Below, piece after piece: positions 10,574 to 23,960 of a DNA stretch of 64,000 bases. Under the pieces are notes generated by a model that ran no database searches, was not told the DNA's origin, and saw only the letters and a list, made by a program, of their open reading frames with translations. Origin of the DNA: Antedon mediterranea (taxonomy: Eukaryota; Animalia; Echinodermata); the NCBI RefSeq assembly GCF_964355755.1, contig NC_092672.1:21155237-21219236 (forward strand), read 5' to 3'. Numbering within the stretch: the first letter of the stretch is position 1; every line of letters starts with the position of its first letter. The position numbers and the translations under genes are program-made.

Positions 10574-13071
10574 ATAGTAATACCTAAGGGTAGACTCACA
10601 GCGTTAGGTTTGTTATCCAACACAAGGTAATCCTCTCTTGATAGGGTTCCTATTAACGCAAATGGCGAGGCGTAACAGCTTCCTAACGGTAATCTGCAGC
10701 TTAGTTCACATACAAAAGTATGTACACTGCTTACATAACGCCACCATGAGTCTGAACATACCATAAGACACTGAACAGTACTATGTTTAAAAATAAAGGT
10801 GATTAATCAAAGGCTGATAACTCCTCCACATAAAACTCCTAGAAAGTAGGAAGCATTTTGTCCTCTTCCCTGACTGACTGAGCATATGATCTCTCTATTA
10901 ATAATTTATATTGTAAACCTTATTATGTAAACAGAAATATCAATGGAAATTCTTCTTCACTAAAAAGTTTTTAAAGATATGCTACATTATTAGCAATTTA
11001 CACCTAAATCCAGCCCTCAGTCTTAACCCTTTTCCAACATGCAATTTGTTTTTTGAGGATATTCACTACATTATTAGCAAATTACCCCCTCAATCCACCC
11101 TTTTCCAACATGGCTGTTGAAAAAGTGTGTCATCCATTGGAATAGTTTTATTGCCAATATTGTATGTCTGTGGATTTTCCATCTGAATTGACATAGCAGC
11201 AATCAATCATTGTGCCACTTATGAATTTCATGTGTGAGAGCATTTCCGGCCATCTAGAGGTGTCATTTAACAAAATTTGCTTTAAATCCCGCTCCCTTTT
11301 CAGATCCTGGCTAAGGCCCTGGACATTTGGGCAATCCCCTTACGATAGTCCTGCTACCGCCCCTGTAAATAATTCTAAGCATGTGAAACAAAATACTGAT
11401 TATTGATTATTTGAAAGTGGATAATTTAAAAACATAAAATATGTTTGTATCACATGGATGACACACACACAGAGTGATATATCACTTTGTTAGTTTTTCT
11501 GTCTTGTGCTGCTATCTGTATTGTGGTATTCAAGCTTTAAAGTTTAAAAAAATTAAGATAAAATGAGTTGAATATTTATTATTGAAATGAGTAATTATTA
11601 TTCAATTACATAATAAAAAATTAGTTTTGATAGCTGAATTCAATTAGCTTGGTGTTTATGAACATTACTATTACTACATTAATACATAACTTGCTTGCTC
11701 ATCTTGATTGTGCTAAATACTTATGCTAGGGTTTTATTTCTAGATTTTTCGTCCTCTTTTAATTCTATACAATCAAGTATTTTAATGAAATCAGTAAAAC
11801 AGCTTAAAGAATAATAGGAACTAAAGAGAACGCTAAAGATATTGTTAAAAGTGCAATAAGTAAGAAGTAATTATGTCGGATGAGTATCACCCTTCCTCAC
11901 CATTATCTTATCTTTAGTAAGTCAGGGCGTTTAATTGTTGGTGTTCCACTTTAGTGCTTTTTGACAATTAGGCTTAAATATAGTTGTTACTGTGTGCAAA
12001 ACAATATCAGTTTTTTGTGGCAACAGTGTACAGTTATATGCTCTAATTTAAAATATAATCTTTAATGTGTATTATTATCAATACATAATGCTATACATTA
12101 TGTTTTTTCACGCTATGGTCATAAATTTCAATTTGAAACACTTTATAAAACATTGAAAACAATAGTGCCTTCACCATTTTATTAAATTAATATTTTTTTA
12201 AACAGTATTTAATCAATAGTATGTTATTTTGTAGGGTTTTAATAAAGTTAGTGTAATTACTTCCGTAGAAAAAAAATGGTGTTTTCACTTATAAAATGAC
12301 AAATAAATGGTTAAATTCAACAAAAACCCATTGGCTGGCAGCCAATTTGAACATTTTTTCTTTAAATTATTTATTTTGAAAATTTTTTTTCAGGGGCCAT
12401 TGCATTTTTAACAAAAAAACTTCAAAAACAAAAAAAATTTCACAAAGCTTCAATTGTTCTTACATGATTTTGTATTTTAAAAGCGCAATTTTTTAAACAA
12501 TTCACTTAAATGCCCTATGATCCCTGTGTATTATAATGATCAAAGATGCTAGTTGTATGTACTGAATATTTTAGTATGATTTATTCATCATTTTTAGTAA
12601 TGCATTTTGCCATACTCTCTTTTATTGTCAACACACTACGAACTCCGTCCACCACCTCCTCCTCATTAAATAATGAAGAGCAATGATATTATTGGATGTA
12701 ATATAGACCCATATTAGACCCAGTTTTAGTTTGTAATTATTTTTTCCATAATACATTACAAGGGCCTATACATTTTATATTACACAGTGCCCTCACTCAT
12801 CATTTATTTTACTTAAATTCTGTTCATATTGTTAGCACTTTCAATACCAGTGTACTGTTCAATAAAAACCCAAAAATCTGTACAAAATTTAATTTAATTT
12901 AATTTTTTTAGACCTTTTTTACAAAACAACTTTATTGAAATAGCATTTAAATAAAAAAAAAACTATTACCAGCATTAAACTAGATGAAGATTTCATTTCA
13001 TTATTCGGTCTATTTCAGTATATCCAAAAAAAAAATGAAATTGGGGAGACCAGGGTCAACCTAAGTGAACT

Positions 13072-13186
13072 TAATCACTGAGACTCTAAGCTCACTATGT
13101 CGGTCGGTAGGTCGGTCGGTAGGTCGGTCGGTAAACACTAACTCAAATTTGCACACGTGACTAAAGCTATGTATACGGCCTTGTTA
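13072..13186 (+). mobile_element. Short Helentron-associated non-autonomous element (HINE/DINE-1-like)
   Basis: gactcta..ctcactatgtcggtcgg microsatellite core and ggccttgtt end, shared with 25487-26279 and 58837-58922. Confidence 0.65.
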
Positions 13187-13260
13187 ATCAAATAATAATA
13201 AATACAACATAGTATAAAACTGACTCCAAATAACAATGATTCAACGTTTCAAACTTTATT

Positions 13261-13731
13261 TGATCATCATCAGGAATGATGATAAAATGTATTATTACTG
13301 GTCCTCAAGTTTAACTGGAAACTGAGGAAATTCGGATTAGGCCCTCCACGGACCCACGGCAGCCAGCAGTGCAGCGCCTACCAGATCAGCACACCGGGAG
13401 ACGATCCCCTACTCTTTCCGAATAGTGTACCAAGTTCTTTAGCGTGCACTGTTAAGTACACGGGACCAACGGCTTTACGTCCCATCCGAAGGACGAGGCA
13501 ATGAGAGTAAAGCATCTTGCCTAAGGATGCAATTAGTATGGTACAGATAACCTCGAACCCATGCCTATCACATGCTAGTTCGATATTACCTTTCCACCAT
13601 CACTCTCTGGTGTATATACAGCACCCGCCGCTATTTCTAGACGGTCTCCCATCCAGAACGCAACCGGGCCCAACGTTGCTTAACTTCGGTGATCTGACGA
13701 GAACCGGTGTTTCAACGCAGTATGGCCGTAT
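13261..13731 (-). mobile_element. SINE with 5S rRNA-derived head, tRNA-like segment and Deu/Nin-like domain
   Basis: Minus strand reads: 5S-like head (tacggccatac..gatcaccgaagttaagc..ggatgggagacc..gggtgctgta), B-box GGTTCGAG (13552-13559), then gtccttcggatgggacgtaaagccgttggtcccg..gcacgctaaagaac..aagagtagggg..cccggtgt, which resembles the DeuSINE central domain. Confidence 0.8.
13615..13731 (-). pseudogene. 5S rRNA-derived sequence forming the SINE head (not a functional 5S gene)
   Basis: ~117 nt colinear with metazoan 5S rRNA, with a diverged 3' part, no oligo-T terminator, and fused to the SINE body. Confidence 0.85.
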
Positions 13732-14358
13732 AATTTGCACACCTGACTAAAGTCATGTATACGGCCTTGTTAATCATCTATTTAAATAATATTTACAACA
13801 TAGTATAAAACTGACTCCAAATAACAATGATTCAACGTTTCAAACATTATTGTTATTATTATGGAATGCTTTATTAAATAGGTAACAGCAGTGAGCACCA
13901 GTGCTTTGCACAGTCTGTAGTATAATTAAAATTATTCCATCTTCTATCATTGTTATATTTATTCATCTTCTTCTTCATTATAAGACAATAACAAACAAAC
14001 TCGTTTAAATATAAATCTACCCACTGTAATGTTGGTGTTGCTACAGTTGTTCATACTTTAGAACAATGACAGATTATCAATGCTTACTTTATAGCATTCA
14101 TTCAAGTATAAGCAATAATGTCAACAGTATACTATTTGAAAATCACAAGACAAAAAAATCAACTTTATTATTATGATTTTGTAAAGCTTAATATTTGTTA
14201 ACATACTGTTCATTCTTTTAAATTCAAACTTTATTTATCCACAAAATATCAAAGATTAAAAATAAACTTGTTTCAAAAATGAAAAATTTTAAAACAGTGA
14301 TCGTGCCTTTAGTTGCATGGTCATTGACACTATTTTAACTAAAATAATTAACTAAAAA

Positions 14359-15870
14359 TTAAAGTTTAGTTAGCAAAGTTCAAAAGGATGAATTAAAACA
14401 CCTAATAAAATCCTTAAAAAGAGGCTACGAGGATGCTTGTTTTTCTTGTCTTACCATTATTGAATAAATGTTATTGAATTGAAATTAAATTGAATTGAAT
14501 TAACAGCCACCACATATTATAATATACATTAATGACAAAATATGATGTTTTAATTAAGTTTAACTAAAAATGAAAAACTACAATGTGTATTCCCTTTGCG
14601 TACTGATCAGCCATTTTTTATTGCAAGGTTTCAAAATGATGCAATGAACTTTACTCTGTCCATTTGATTGAATGTTAAATCGACCAAATATAAGTCCTGA
14701 TAATGAACAGAACAGAGTATGCTCAGTATAATGTGCATTAAGCATGCGCAGATTAATATTTTGTGTAGATTACCGTGATCCTTTCATCTACCGTCCACCT
14801 CTACTGTCATAAAGTCACTAGTAGGTTTTATTGTAAATTAACAGCAACAGCTACCGTATACTAAATAGTGGTACTAATCATTGTCAGTATTTTCATTTCT
14901 ATTGTAAATTAATAGTCAACAGATACCTCTTAGAATCGGTAAGTCATACATTCTACTCATTCACCCTTTACCAAAAATTTTGTATTTTTAAAATGTCTTT
15001 CTTTCCATCATATATTCATTTATGACTGACAATTTTATACTTATAGTTACATTCTACTGTAAAACAATAATACTCTCATTGTCATTACATTCAGCCTCTT
15101 ACATTAACATTCAAATTAATTCAGAATAAATACATTTGAATGATGAAGTAAACAGAATAACTAAAATACAAATAAATTGGTATATTTCTATACTATTGTA
15201 CCTTATAACACAAGCATCTCCTGTTCGTCCGAAGCGCGTAACAATTTCGAAAGGCATTGTCAGATAGAATAGAGCTAATGGGTGTTGCCATTGTGAGCCA
15301 TGGAGTAGCGCGCCCTCATCAAATTAGAAAGTCAAAATCATAGAGGGGATCTGCTAATACTATAGAGGGATAGAGTAATTGACTGAGCCCTCTATAGGAA
15401 TTAATAGTTTTTACTTCCTAGTTTGGAGGGGGCGCTGCTCCATGCTATGAAATGGCGTCGCCCAGTTTGACCTTTTAACCCTGTACTTCCAATACTGTGT
15501 TTTGAATGCAAATTGAAGAACAGGAGATTCTTGTGTTATCAGTTCTTTGCTTTGATGGAGATGATGATACATAAAACTGTTATAAAGCCTATCAAACATA
15601 CAGTGCTAGTTGACGGTGATTATTTGCTTTTTGTCAAAAGTAAATAATAGTCAACCAGAAATAAAACTTGGTTTACTAAAGCTTTGGTTGCCAACGCAAT
15701 GTAGGCGCTACGCAAGTGCGTTGACCAATAACAAGCAACAGTTCGGATAATCCATCACATTCTGATTGGTAAATTTGCTTGATTTAATTTACAAAAAAAT
15801 TGCATAGACTACAGACAAATGGACAGACTAAATGTTGGGACAAACAAACTTATTACATGCAATTATTACT
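14359..15870 (+). repeat. Duplication block B (other copy 35267-36776)
   Basis: ~1.5 kb colinear direct repeat, roughly 90% identical with small indels. Confidence 0.93.
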
Positions 15871-15887
15871 TAAAAAATAATTTGGGA

Positions 15888-17055
15888 TTTACACTACCCA
15901 TCTGAATATACATACACCTTAATCTGAATACCTTATCCAACATGATTACAGTGTTTAAACAGCGAATAACACTATGCCTTTGTAGATTCATTCCATAACA
16001 TAGTTTCATTCCATTAAAACTACAATAGTAACATTATCATATAACCTATATAACCTACCACTTTTTTTAATAGAATAAACCAAATGCTATCATCTCTTTA
16101 ACTATTTAATACACAATAACATCTACCCGTCTATGATAGTGCAACGTGTCAATCACACTCACAGCTAAAGACACCCTTGTACACCTTTGTGTCTTATTAT
16201 TCAATGCATTTCAACACAATGCTGCTCAGACACCACCTATATTATTCTACTTGAGTTTGCTAGATCATCATATAAAAGTGCATTATGATGAGATCAGATT
16301 GTTTTTATATAATTGTACTTTATTAATAATTATAATATTGACAAGCATTCTGATGTTTGTTCATGATTGTGCAGAGCCATGATAAATACAATTGTCACAG
16401 CTTGAATAAGGTAACAGGGAGAAAATTAAATGAAAACCTTCCTCAATAATATTTCTCTGCTCAAATGCTGGATTGTAATGAGTTTTTAATATTAAATGTG
16501 TCTATATAATTTATTGTTTGTTAAGTAGGTCTTTTAACATAGTGATGTTTAATGTGAAATGGTTAAATGTATTCAGAGTGAGATCTGCCAATGTAAATTA
16601 TCTTAATTAAAATCATTTACATTAGAAACTTTCAATTGTATTTCTATTATATTTTATCAATTTTAAGTGCTGTTCTTAATATACAATTGCAGTCTACCAA
16701 ATCATGGAGCTATAAAGCTCAATGAGACTGAAAAACTGTTAACTTATGATGTACACAGCCTATTTAATACTTAGTTGAAATGCCATTATTATACATTTTT
16801 AATCATTGATTTATTTAGAGAAATTAATAAAACTTCACCAGAAGTTTTAGAATGGTCATATCAGTTGTATTTTGATTATTTATACTACTATAACAATATA
16901 TGTTCACATTTTGTAGTAATACACTACCAACATGTATAGATAGTATTTACAATACCCATCTGAATAATTATACTACACCTTAATCTGAATACCTTATCCA
17001 ACCTGAATACAGCATTTATACAGCGAATACTGTTTTGTAGTTTCATTCCATAAAG
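15888..17055 (+). repeat. Local diverged duplication (15888-16000 vs 16948-17055)
   Basis: tacccatctgaata..acaccttaatctgaataccttatccaac..acagcgaata..cattccataa occurs twice, about 1.06 kb apart. Confidence 0.75.
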
Positions 17056-19496
17056 CCATAATTTAACATCAAATAAATAGTCATAAAATTAAAATTAAAT
17101 CTTCTTTATTTTATTAGATTCATTTCTTTGTTTTCTTTTGAAAAAGATTTTAATACACCAAAAAAAAAACCCCAAAAATAAAAACATCTACCCTGTATGT
17201 GATGATACACATGGGGTCAAATCATTTTTCTATTCGACCTATTCGCTATCCTTCGCTAGGACAGAATAATCTGGATTTTTTTTTTTTTACATTAATCCAA
17301 GTTAATCAACTACCACACTTTATTTCAAAAGATATTAAACATTTTTTAGCATAATTATTTTTTTTGTAAAATGGCTGCATAATTAGTTATCCACACCTTG
17401 GCGGATAACTCCTTGTGATTGTATAAAATGATCATCAACTTTTTTTATCTGTATTATTCTTCTTTCATTCCACATTTCATAACTTCGTAAAGTTGTGCAC
17501 CTACTATTTTTTTAAATTTTATGAATTTAAATGATTGATCATAGATCAAAAAACCAAACGTCATTTTGTATTGACACTTTTTTAATTTAAGTCATTTCAA
17601 GAGTCAACTTTCTATGGATTAAAAATGGCATGTTTCACAAAGTTACGCACACAAGATTTCTTACAACCAACACCTGCACTTGCTTTAACTTAATGCGCAT
17701 TCTCAGTTTGTGAACTTAATTTAATTCTCTTGAATTTTTCATTATTTAAGCCTTAAAAGAATTGAAAAGTCAATTAAACCATATCAACTTTTATTTTAAT
17801 GACTTACTGATTTTGATTTTAAATGCATTATGGCTACTCATACATGCTGATTGCATTGTTAACCCTATTTCACATTGACTATTCTTTTTATTGTACAAGT
17901 TACTAAATATTTTAGTTTACTTAATTCACTTCCCACAACCTTAATCAATAATCACCTTGAAAAATTTCAATATAAATTTACCTCCTGGTTCATCCTGTTT
18001 TTCATCACTGTTTTCCTCCTTGTACTCTATTTGCACAAACATACTTTGCCTATTATATTATTCTTAATAGTTGTTGTTTACAATAGTGATGAAAGCATTA
18101 ATTTTGAAAATTTCTGTAATTTCGCGTGGAAGTAATCATATTTATCTTAATTTATGTCATGTTCATCCCACCAAAATCTGATGATGAAAACAGTTACCAT
18201 GAAATTAGTACTTATGTAGAAACAAGGCTATAAAAAAAAGGATAGATTCAGGGTTTAACAAAATATATGACATAATCAATTTTAACCGGCTGAAAACATC
18301 TATTGAAATCCTCCATACATTATGTAGAAGAGCTGACTATTGCAATATGCTTTATTAGTTGATGCCATTCCAAAAGATTGTAAGTATAATTAAGAATCAT
18401 AACAACAATATGTCTGTACATATTAAGGATGAATGTATTATAACAAACATGAAGCCAACAGCAAAACGTATATACTCATGCTTCAAATCAAAATCTATTA
18501 CTTCTCGGGTTTTAGACAAATGAAATGTTGCTCTCAACGCCCAAAACATCATCTGATAAAGAAGATGAAAAATGGAAAAATATACTAAATTATAAACCAT
18601 TACATAAAATTGTTCCAACTAACTTACAGCTGTATCTGGAAATTGAAAAATAAAAATGAATGTGATATATATGTGTTATTGAAAATGAAAAGCATATGTT
18701 CTTATAATTATTGTATACATAACAAATTATGTAAAAATATTGATAACATTTTTATAGGAATAGACAATAGCAGAAGTTCATTTAAAGAACCTCTTTAATG
18801 CATGGCTCAGATTGTCTACAGTATATACATATATACAGTGCTTAAATGCTTTAAGTATCTAATACCTTGCAATTGTATATTCTTTTAACAATCGTAAATC
18901 ATACAGGTTTGATAATGCATTTTTTCTCATATTTGAATAAAATAGGTGTTTATCAAGTCAATACTGTATTCAAATTTAGGAACAGCTTAATCACAAAATA
19001 ATGGGATCATTGTGCACTTTGTAATATTAATAATTCATTATACGATGTATTGATACTTTAACACTTCTTTATTGTATCTTGAACTTTGTTGTTATCATTG
19101 ATACAATAATACATGAATCAAGTGTCAACAATTATAGAGCATTCATATTAACAGTTAATGTTGACTGATATGATTTTACTGTACCTTTCATCTCATCTTG
19201 AAAATTAAAAAAGTAAATAAAAATTAATCAAATATTAAAAATAATACAAATATAAATAAGGCTGATATTGATGATATTGATTGCAATTTGCCTAATGAGG
19301 TTTGATGATTAAAATGAGAACTCAACAGGGTGAATTTTCAATACAAGATGTAGGCCTACTGTAAGTAATAATAACCTGTCATTCTTTTAAAATACAAAAT
19401 AAATTGGCAAATTGATGGTAAATGCCACTTAGAAGAGTTTATATGAAAGTATTTGTATGATAAAATTGAATTATCATATGCATTTATTATTTTTAG

Positions 19497-19595
19497 AATG
19501 GATCAACACCTCTGATTGAAGCTGCATATAAAGGTTTTGATGAAGTCTGCTTGGTCCTTCTCAATAAGGGAGCTGATGTAAATCACCAAAACAAG
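19497..19595 (+). CDS. Ankyrin-repeat exon (one 33-aa repeat, phase 0-0)
   Basis: ttttag|99 nt|gtactt; encodes NGSTPLIEAAYKGFDEVCLVLLNKGADVNHQNK, matching the ankyrin consensus. Confidence 0.93.
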
Positions 19596-20033
19596 GTACT
19601 TTCACACATTGTATTTCAAACATTTTTAAATATAGGTGGCCAGTACAATTAAATTAATAATTTATGTTTAGTGTCATTGATACTGGGATTGTAGGATAAT
19701 TCAAAGTTAGTACTATTTCAAAATCTAGACTATTAGTATATTTAAATTTGTTTGAAAATGTATACCACAAATATTTGTTGACATGCACAACAAATAGTTT
19801 CTTTATTTTGCTTTGTTATCCTATTTTGTAAAGAAATTAATCAGAGCCTTATCATTAAAAGTTTACATTATTTATATATGCATGTGTTTATTTTCACCAG
19901 TCAAAATTGCTAAATTATAGCAGGTATCCTGCTATACTTTATTTGCACAAGTAATTAGCATTCTTTACATAATAGATTAATCAACTGATAACATGTGTAC
20001 TACAAGTTTTTTCAGCATATCCTAACTTCATTT

Positions 20034-20181
20034 CCTATTCTCCCAATGTAAAGTTTAGCAGGCTAACTCTCTCGTGACTCTGGAGAGTTTGCGGACGTAA
20101 AGCTCCATCCCTATTCTTCCAATGTAAAGTTTAGCAGGCTAACTCTCCTGACTGAGAGTTTACAGACGCAGCGCAAAGCTC
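20034..20181 (+). repeat. Two-copy ~76-bp tandem repeat
   Basis: cctattct(c/t)ccaatgtaaagtttagcaggctaactctc..gagagttt..gacg..aaagctc occurs twice. Confidence 0.8.
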
Positions 20182-21479
20182 ATTTCATAAAGTTTAGTTT
20201 GGCAGGGCGACATGTGACATGATACTGTATTTTAATAATAATTCATTAGAAAATAATTAATAGGAAACTTATATTTTAAAGATGTGACCTTATACAGTAC
20301 CAATTCAAAATTACAATAATTACTATGTTTTGTTTTAAAGTTAAAATGTGTTTATCGTGGACGACGTGTGAATATGTTTTTGACCCGGGCTTCCTTGTCC
20401 TTTGTCACTAATAATAGAGGCATATTTGCATAGTTTAAAATAAATACGCAATAAAATTCATATAAATAAAAATTATATTATATAATATATATTTTATATT
20501 ATATATTAAAATGTATTTAATTTATTATTACAATATTTCAAAAATAAGCTCAGATGCCGGTGGTGAGCAAAATATGCGCACTAAAAATAACTTTGGAAAA
20601 CACCCACCCTAGTTTCAAAACACGATTGCATGTCACGAGGTTAAAATAAACGCCGTGGTTAGGATTCCGACACCGGAACTCAACTGCCCACCGTTGGGGA
20701 ATCCGACACGCTATTGCGCATGCCCAGAGCTCTGGGAAGTGAATTTAGCTTGTGCCACACACCACACTACCTGAGAGGATTTACTGTAGCCTAGTTAGTC
20801 GTTGCGCGAGCAAGAGAGCGATGGATGAAACTTGGCCTAGGCCATACATGAATTAATAATTGAAAACGACTACGTCACGCGTTAAAATAATTATTATGAT
20901 ATTAATAAGAATCAGTATCTATCTACCGTAAGAATCGTAATGCTGTAGTAGCGTTGCGACCCCCAGTTTTTTCACATCTACGCGGTGGCTGCCGTCAACA
21001 AATTAATTTGTGACTGAATGTTATGTACAGTTTATAATGCATTATATGAAATCTTTTATTTTGTACTTGAAAAATCATAAATCTAGTCAACTCATGTAAT
21101 TATATAATTCATAATTATATGAAGTTTATATATGAATCAAGCAACAACCACTTTTTAATTACAAAATAAATAGGCCCACTGGTCACGTCTAGCTGGTAGG
21201 CCTAGCCAAAAGTATTTACTATTCGTGGATTAGCGAAGCCGCGAATTTCGCGTTAAAAAGTGACGCACGCGGCAGGCGACGGACGCTTCCAGTGTGAACA
21301 TACAAGCGAACAGTGTACGATAGTCGAATTTCAACTTCAACGCGTTGAAAACGACAGCAGCGAAGGCTTCGCACGCGAATTTTCAAAAGTTGAACCTTGG
21401 TCAACTTTTTGAGGCGTCGCGAGCGCGGTTCGCGTTCGTCAACCAATCAGAAGTCGGGAATATCTCTCATAGACGAGAC

Positions 21480-21688
21480 ACCGACGGCAAAAAAATGGTG
21501 GCTGACGAGCGAGGTCTTTATGGAAATACTTTGTCATTACCCTTCTTGTCTTTACGATAAGGGAAGTAAGTCATACATAGACAGAAACATAAGGATTAAT
21601 GCATGAAGACAATAATTCCAGACAAACATCTGTGTAGAAGAATGCCAGAAAAACTAGGCCTAAAACGCGTCAGAGATCAATTTGTAAA
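21480..21688 (+). pseudogene. MADF (Myb/SANT-like) domain exon relic
   Basis: EVFMEILCHYPSCLYDKGSKSYIDRNIRINA*..VEECQK..KRVRDQFVK with stops and a frameshift; donor gtgagt at 21689. Confidence 0.8.
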
Positions 21689-22045
21689 GTGAGTTGGCAA
21701 GCCTTTTTATTTCTAGCCTACCTAGGTTTAGGCCATACTATTGCCTAGCTAGGCCTACCTAGCCTAGGCTACATATGTAGCCTAGGCTAGGTATATACTA
21801 GGGTATATTATACCCTAGTAGGCTAGGCCATGCCAAGTAGTACTTATAGGCCTACATAATGGGTAGTAACAAAGTGCGAGGCAGCGAAGCACGCGAGGCA
21901 GGGAAGGCATGCGAGGCAAGTCAGAAATTTATGCGAGGCATCGTTTTACCATCATCAAAAAATGCGAGGCATCATTTTATCATTTCTCAAAATTGCAAGG
22001 CAGGAAATCACCGAAATTGAAGTAGCCTAGGCCTAGGCCCGCTAG

Positions 22046-23960
22046 GCTAGTTTCCTTTTGCACCTGCCTTGTATTTTAGGGTGTCACGAAACCTCAGACC
22101 ACGAAAGCTCAGACCCCCTAAGACCTAAGATCACGAAAGCTAAGACCCAACACCTAAGATTACAAATACTAAGATATACTACAGCTTAAAAACAATACTT
22201 GTTTATCCATACATAATTTTAAACACAGTAGGTTTCATTTATTACCATAAATATAATTTAATACTACCGCAAAACATAGATAAACTCACATTATTTTCGC
22301 CCGTTGAGTAAATGTATATTTTTTCTTTACAACAAACAAACTTGACGGGTTGTTTGTTGGTATATATTTACTCCATTGTGTTGGTTCAGAGGATGTTTTT
22401 CTTACGCACCTGCCTTTCTTGTATTTTGACTCCAAATTTGTTGACTAACTTTATCCTGAACACCACACTTTAAAATTAGGACTTATAAGTACTTTCAGAA
22501 GGAGAAACACATAATAACAAATAAATAAATCCTTTAAATTGATGATTTTACAGATGTGTTTCTTTGTATACTGTAATGTAACTCCTCGAGCTCCCATGCT
22601 CAATGTTTTTGTTTCTATGGAGCGCCAAAAGAGCAACAATAATAGTACAAGTATAAAAACAGAAAGAAAACGAAACGAAAAAACTTATCATGATTTTTAA
22701 ATTAAAATTTATTTGCCAGTATTTATTTCTTCGTACTTGCATGATTATACTATTATCATTACAATTTTAATTTTACATTGTTCCATCCACACTGTAGATG
22801 GACTCCACAGAGTTTTCAGCCCTCTATATAATTTTTGCTCTTTTGACGTTCCATAGAAACAAAAACATTGAACATGGCCCATGGGGTAGGCCTACTGTAC
22901 TGTAGGCTAGTCATTTTGTGTGCGAGAAAAACGTCTGTAAAATCATCAATTTAAAAATGTATTTGTTACTTTTTATGTGATTCTTTTTCATGAAAGTGCC
23001 AATTCTAAGGTGTGGTATTCAGAATAAATGTTAGGAGTTAAAATACAAGGCAGGTGCGAAAGATAAATATTTGTAATCTTAGGTGTTGGGTCTTAGCTTT
23101 CGTGATCTTAGGTCTTAGGGGGTCTGAGCTTTCGTGGTCTGAGGTTTCGTGACACCCTTGTATTTTAACCAACTTTATCCTGAATACCACAGCTTAGAAT
23201 TAGTAGGCCTACTTTAATTAAGAAAAATCACATAAAAGTAACAATAAATCCATTAAATTGGTGATTTTACAGACGTTGTTTTTCTCGCATTTCGCACACT
23301 CAATGTTCAATATTTTGGTTTCTATGGAACGTCAAAAGAGCAAAATTAATTAGAGGGCTAAAAACTCTGTGGAATCCATTTATATTTAACGCATTATTTG
23401 GTGAAAATCAAGTACAATTTCAATAGATTTTGTCACTGTTAGTAAGGAAAAATGTTACTGTTGATAATGTACACGGTTTCGTTAACCTTTTAAAGAATGA
23501 AATAGAAAAATTCATCATAATATCCTTAGTAGGATGTCCTAGGTCTAGACTAGGTAGTGATGTTGATTTACGATCGATTATTATCTTTGAAAACAGAACA
23601 GTATCAGCAGTAACATATTACAACATTTTTATTGACAAATTAACAAATATATTGAAATGAAACGTGTTTTTCACCAATAAATGCATGAGAAATTGACGCA
23701 TTCCACTGAGTATTAGTCCTCTATTATCGTTGCTTTTTTGGCGCTCCATAGAAACAAAAATATTGAACATTGAATAAGTGAAATTCGCGAACAGTGTGCG
23801 AGAAACACGCCTGTAAAATCATTAATTTAAGGATTTATTTGTTACTTTTTATGTGATTCTTTCATTAAAGTACTCATGAGGTATACTTCTAAGGTGTGGT
23901 ATTCACACGATAAAGTTAGTTATCAAATTTGGAGTAAAAATACAAGCGAAGGAAACTAGC
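22046..23960. mobile_element. Foldback/MITE family C (long imperfect TIRs), interrupted by element B
   Basis: Ends gctagtttcctt / aaggaaactagc; ~23170-23345 is the reverse complement of ~23730-23925. Confidence 0.7.
22079..23157. mobile_element. MULE-like MITE B with ~90-bp perfect TIRs
   Basis: gggtgtcacgaaacctcagacc.. / ..ggtctgaggtttcgtgacaccc; 10-bp TSD TTGTATTTTA (22069-22078, 23158-23167). Confidence 0.9.

Noticed and set aside
13615-13731. Functional 5S rRNA gene
   Set aside because: Diverged 3' half, no oligo-T terminator, not in an array, and fused to a SINE body.
20540-21000. CpG-richer patch with GCGCATGC and ACGTCA motifs as a host promoter
   Set aside because: No linked first exon is visible, and similar patches occur inside TEs throughout the window.
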